A DNA stretch of 64,000 nt, from contig JBHGNT010000016.1 of the NCBI GenBank assembly GCA_043228905.1, positions 14,198,001 to 14,262,000 on the forward strand, given 5' to 3'. The position numbers and the translations under genes were made by a program. The notes beneath the pieces were generated by a model. It ran no database searches, was not told the origin of the DNA, and worked only from the letters and a program-made list of their open reading frames with translations. Position 1 is the first letter of the stretch. Each line of letters starts with the position of its first letter. Source of the stretch: Azolla caroliniana (lineage: Eukaryota; Plantae; Polypodiophyta). This document shows, piece after piece, positions 61,500 to 64,000 of the stretch.

Positions 61500-64000
61500 G
61501 ACAGTTCGGTAAACTCAGAAAACACAAAGATGGAGATGGAGAGGGAGAGGCAAAGAGTGAGAGAGCAGACAATGTAAAAACTCAAATTCAAAATAATGAC
61601 TCTTCGTAAATACACCGTGCTCAGTGAGCACCTTTTATACAAGCCCTGTCAATCGAGCTGACACAAGTACTGACAGTACTTGACTACTCATAAATGAGCC
61701 TCGACACTCACTCCCAAATTATTCCTTACGAGGAATATCTCTCTAACGGCCTTTAGGTTTACGCACTAACTTACGCGTCCAGTTTACGCACTGGGTTAAG
61801 CGCCATATTACGCACCCAATGTTGAGCTTGTCACTCAACACTCCCCCTCAAGCTCAACTTGAGGTTCCTCCTGCTCTTCCAGATCGACACTTCTGTCCCT
61901 TCTGGCTTTACGCCTCGCTCGCGCTCCTCGACCTGTTCGATTCCGCGTGCTTCGACCCTTTCGGTCGGCTTGTCTGCCCGTTCGGCCTTTAGGTTGTGCG
62001 TACTAACTTACGCGTCTAGTTTACGCACTGGGTTAAGCGCCATATTACGCACCCAATGTTGAGCTTGTCACTCAACACTCCCCCTCAAGCTCAACTTGAG
62101 GTTCCTCCTGCTCTTCCAGATCTACACTTCTGTCCCTTCTGGCTTTACGCCTCGCTCGCGCTCCTCGACGTGTTCGATTCCGCGTGCTTCGACCCTTTCG
62201 GTCGGCTTGTCTGCCCGTTCGGCCCTTCTCAGCTCCCTTGTTGTCGTGGTGTCGGTGTGTCCTTCGCCACCCTTTTCTCCGCATGGCCTTCAGTTGATTC
62301 GGCGTATCTGAATCGAACATTCCAATTGAATCGGACACTTCCGATTCAATTCAACTTTTATTTGAATTGGTTGTCTCCAATTCGTCTTCAGTCTTTAGGC
62401 GTTTAACTACATCAGACCACGTCTTGGTCTTGGCCTTTACGCCCTTCTTGGCTGTATCTCCCCCTGATTTGGCTATCCTCGGCTCTTTCTTATGCTTATG
62501 GTCCTTGCTTCTATCTTCGGCTTCTTTAGCCGGTTCGAAGTCAAATTCTCCATCCGACTCCGCATCTCGGTCACTTCCGCCGTGATGCTTACCTCCGCTC
62601 CTTTCACGCTCTGGTCCCTGATCTTCCTCTCTCCCCCTCAAGTTCAGCGTGTCGAGGTGACACAACCCAAACGCACTCGAGAAATGCCGCAACTTGTCGA
62701 GACCAAGAGGTTTTGTGAAGATGTCGGGAATTTGCCGATCAATCGAAACATGTACCAATTCAACTTCTCCTGAAAGGACCCGCTTGCGGACAAAATGGTA
62801 ATGCACCTCAATGTGCTTGGTTCGGACATGGAACACAGGGTTTTTCACAAGGTGGATACTGCTGAGGTTGTCGCAATAGATCATCGTCGGATCAGACACC
62901 TCTAACCTCTACCTGCAGAACCCGTAATAGCCGTTTTAGCCAAATGAGTTCGCATGTAGTGATAGTTGCCCCTCGATATTCGGCCTCCGTGCTCGACAGT
63001 GCTACTGTCGACTGCTTTTTGCTGCTCCACGCGATCGCAACACTTCCTAATGAGAAGGCATATCCGGATGTGGATCGACGATCGTGGGCGTTTCCAGCCC
63101 AATAGGCATCCGTGTAGCCGACGAACTGTTCGGCTATGCCTGCCCGATAAAACAACGCCATGTCTTTCGTGCCGCTAACATAATGTAGTATCCGTTGCGC
63201 GCACTGAAAGTGTTCGACTGTAGGCTGCGACATGAATTTATTGATTAGGCCGATTGGATAACTAAGATCCGGCTGAGTAATCGTCAGATAGATAAGGCTG
63301 TTGACAATCTGTCAGAACCGTGTTGGGTCTCACACCTTTCCCGAATCTCGGCGAAGCTTGAGGGTTCTGTCCAGAGGGGTTGAGATGGGCTTACAATTTG
63401 CCATCCCGAACTTGAAGAGCATATTCAGCGCTTAATGACGCTGGCTGATCAAAATGCCTTCGAGGTTGCAGATCACTTTGATCCCGAGGAAGTAATGAAG
63501 GTCTCCGAGATCCTTCATTTCAAACGATGCCGCAAGCTGAGACTTCACGCAACGGATTTTGTCAAGGTCAGCACCAGCGATGACTAAATCATCAACATAC
63601 AAGAGTAGGCTAACCGGTCCATATTGTCCTTGCCGAACAAATAGAGAAGAGTCTAATTTCGACGACGCAAACCCCATCCTACGCAACTATTGCGTAATCT
63701 TTGCGTTCCAAGCTCGTGGGGCTTGCTTCAGTCCGTATAAGGATTTCTTCAATTGGCAAACTGCTGAGGTGTTTTGTTTAGATAGAAATCTGGGGGGCTG
63801 TACCATGTACACCTGTTCCTCAGGATCACCTTGCAGGAACATGTTCTTTACATCCATTTGATGTAAGTCCCACCCCTTTGCCGTTGCTACGGCTAGCAGG
63901 ACTCGTACGGTAGTCATCTTCGCGACAGGTACAAAGGTCTTGTCATAGTCCACCTCGTGCTTCTGCACGTAGCCTTTCGCTACCAACCTTGGCCTTGATT
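61500..64000 (-). mobile_element. Copia 3' half (RT, RNase H, PPT, LTR), running off the window end
   Basis: LHQMDVKN, LYVDD, GYTDA, HIEVHYHF; PPT TTGAGGGGGAG followed by TGTTG on the minus strand. Confidence 0.88.
61750..62224. repeat. 237-bp tandem duplication spanning the Copia PPT/LTR junction
   Basis: 61750-61986 is repeated at 61987-62224. Confidence 0.85.

Overview
This window is eukaryotic, repeat-rich nuclear DNA from a land plant. A fern or other non-seed plant is inferred from a Tcn1-type chromovirus and a plastid-derived rps8 with an ACG start. Most of it is nested, decayed LTR retrotransposons (Copia and Gypsy), LINE fragments and a degraded plastid insertion (rpl2-rps3-rpl16-rpl14-rps8-infA). 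It also holds a captured UGT80 gene fragment and one apparently intact host gene (Bet v 1/MLP-like). The standout is a 9.3-kb DNA transposon at 26482-35808, with 36-bp TIRs and a 4-bp CCAA target duplication, inserted into a Gypsy ORF. It carries a Sola1-like DDD transposase and, divergently, an apparently intact six-exon gene (about 974 aa) fusing a ParB/Srx-like domain to a prokaryote-type beta-class amino (N6-adenine or N4-cytosine) DNA methyltransferase. The predicted first intron of that gene contains 12 tandem near-perfect palindromes. A second, decayed copy of the methyltransferase 3' end lies at about 202-676, so this looks like a family. All calls were made by eye from the sequence and ORF track; no database search was run.
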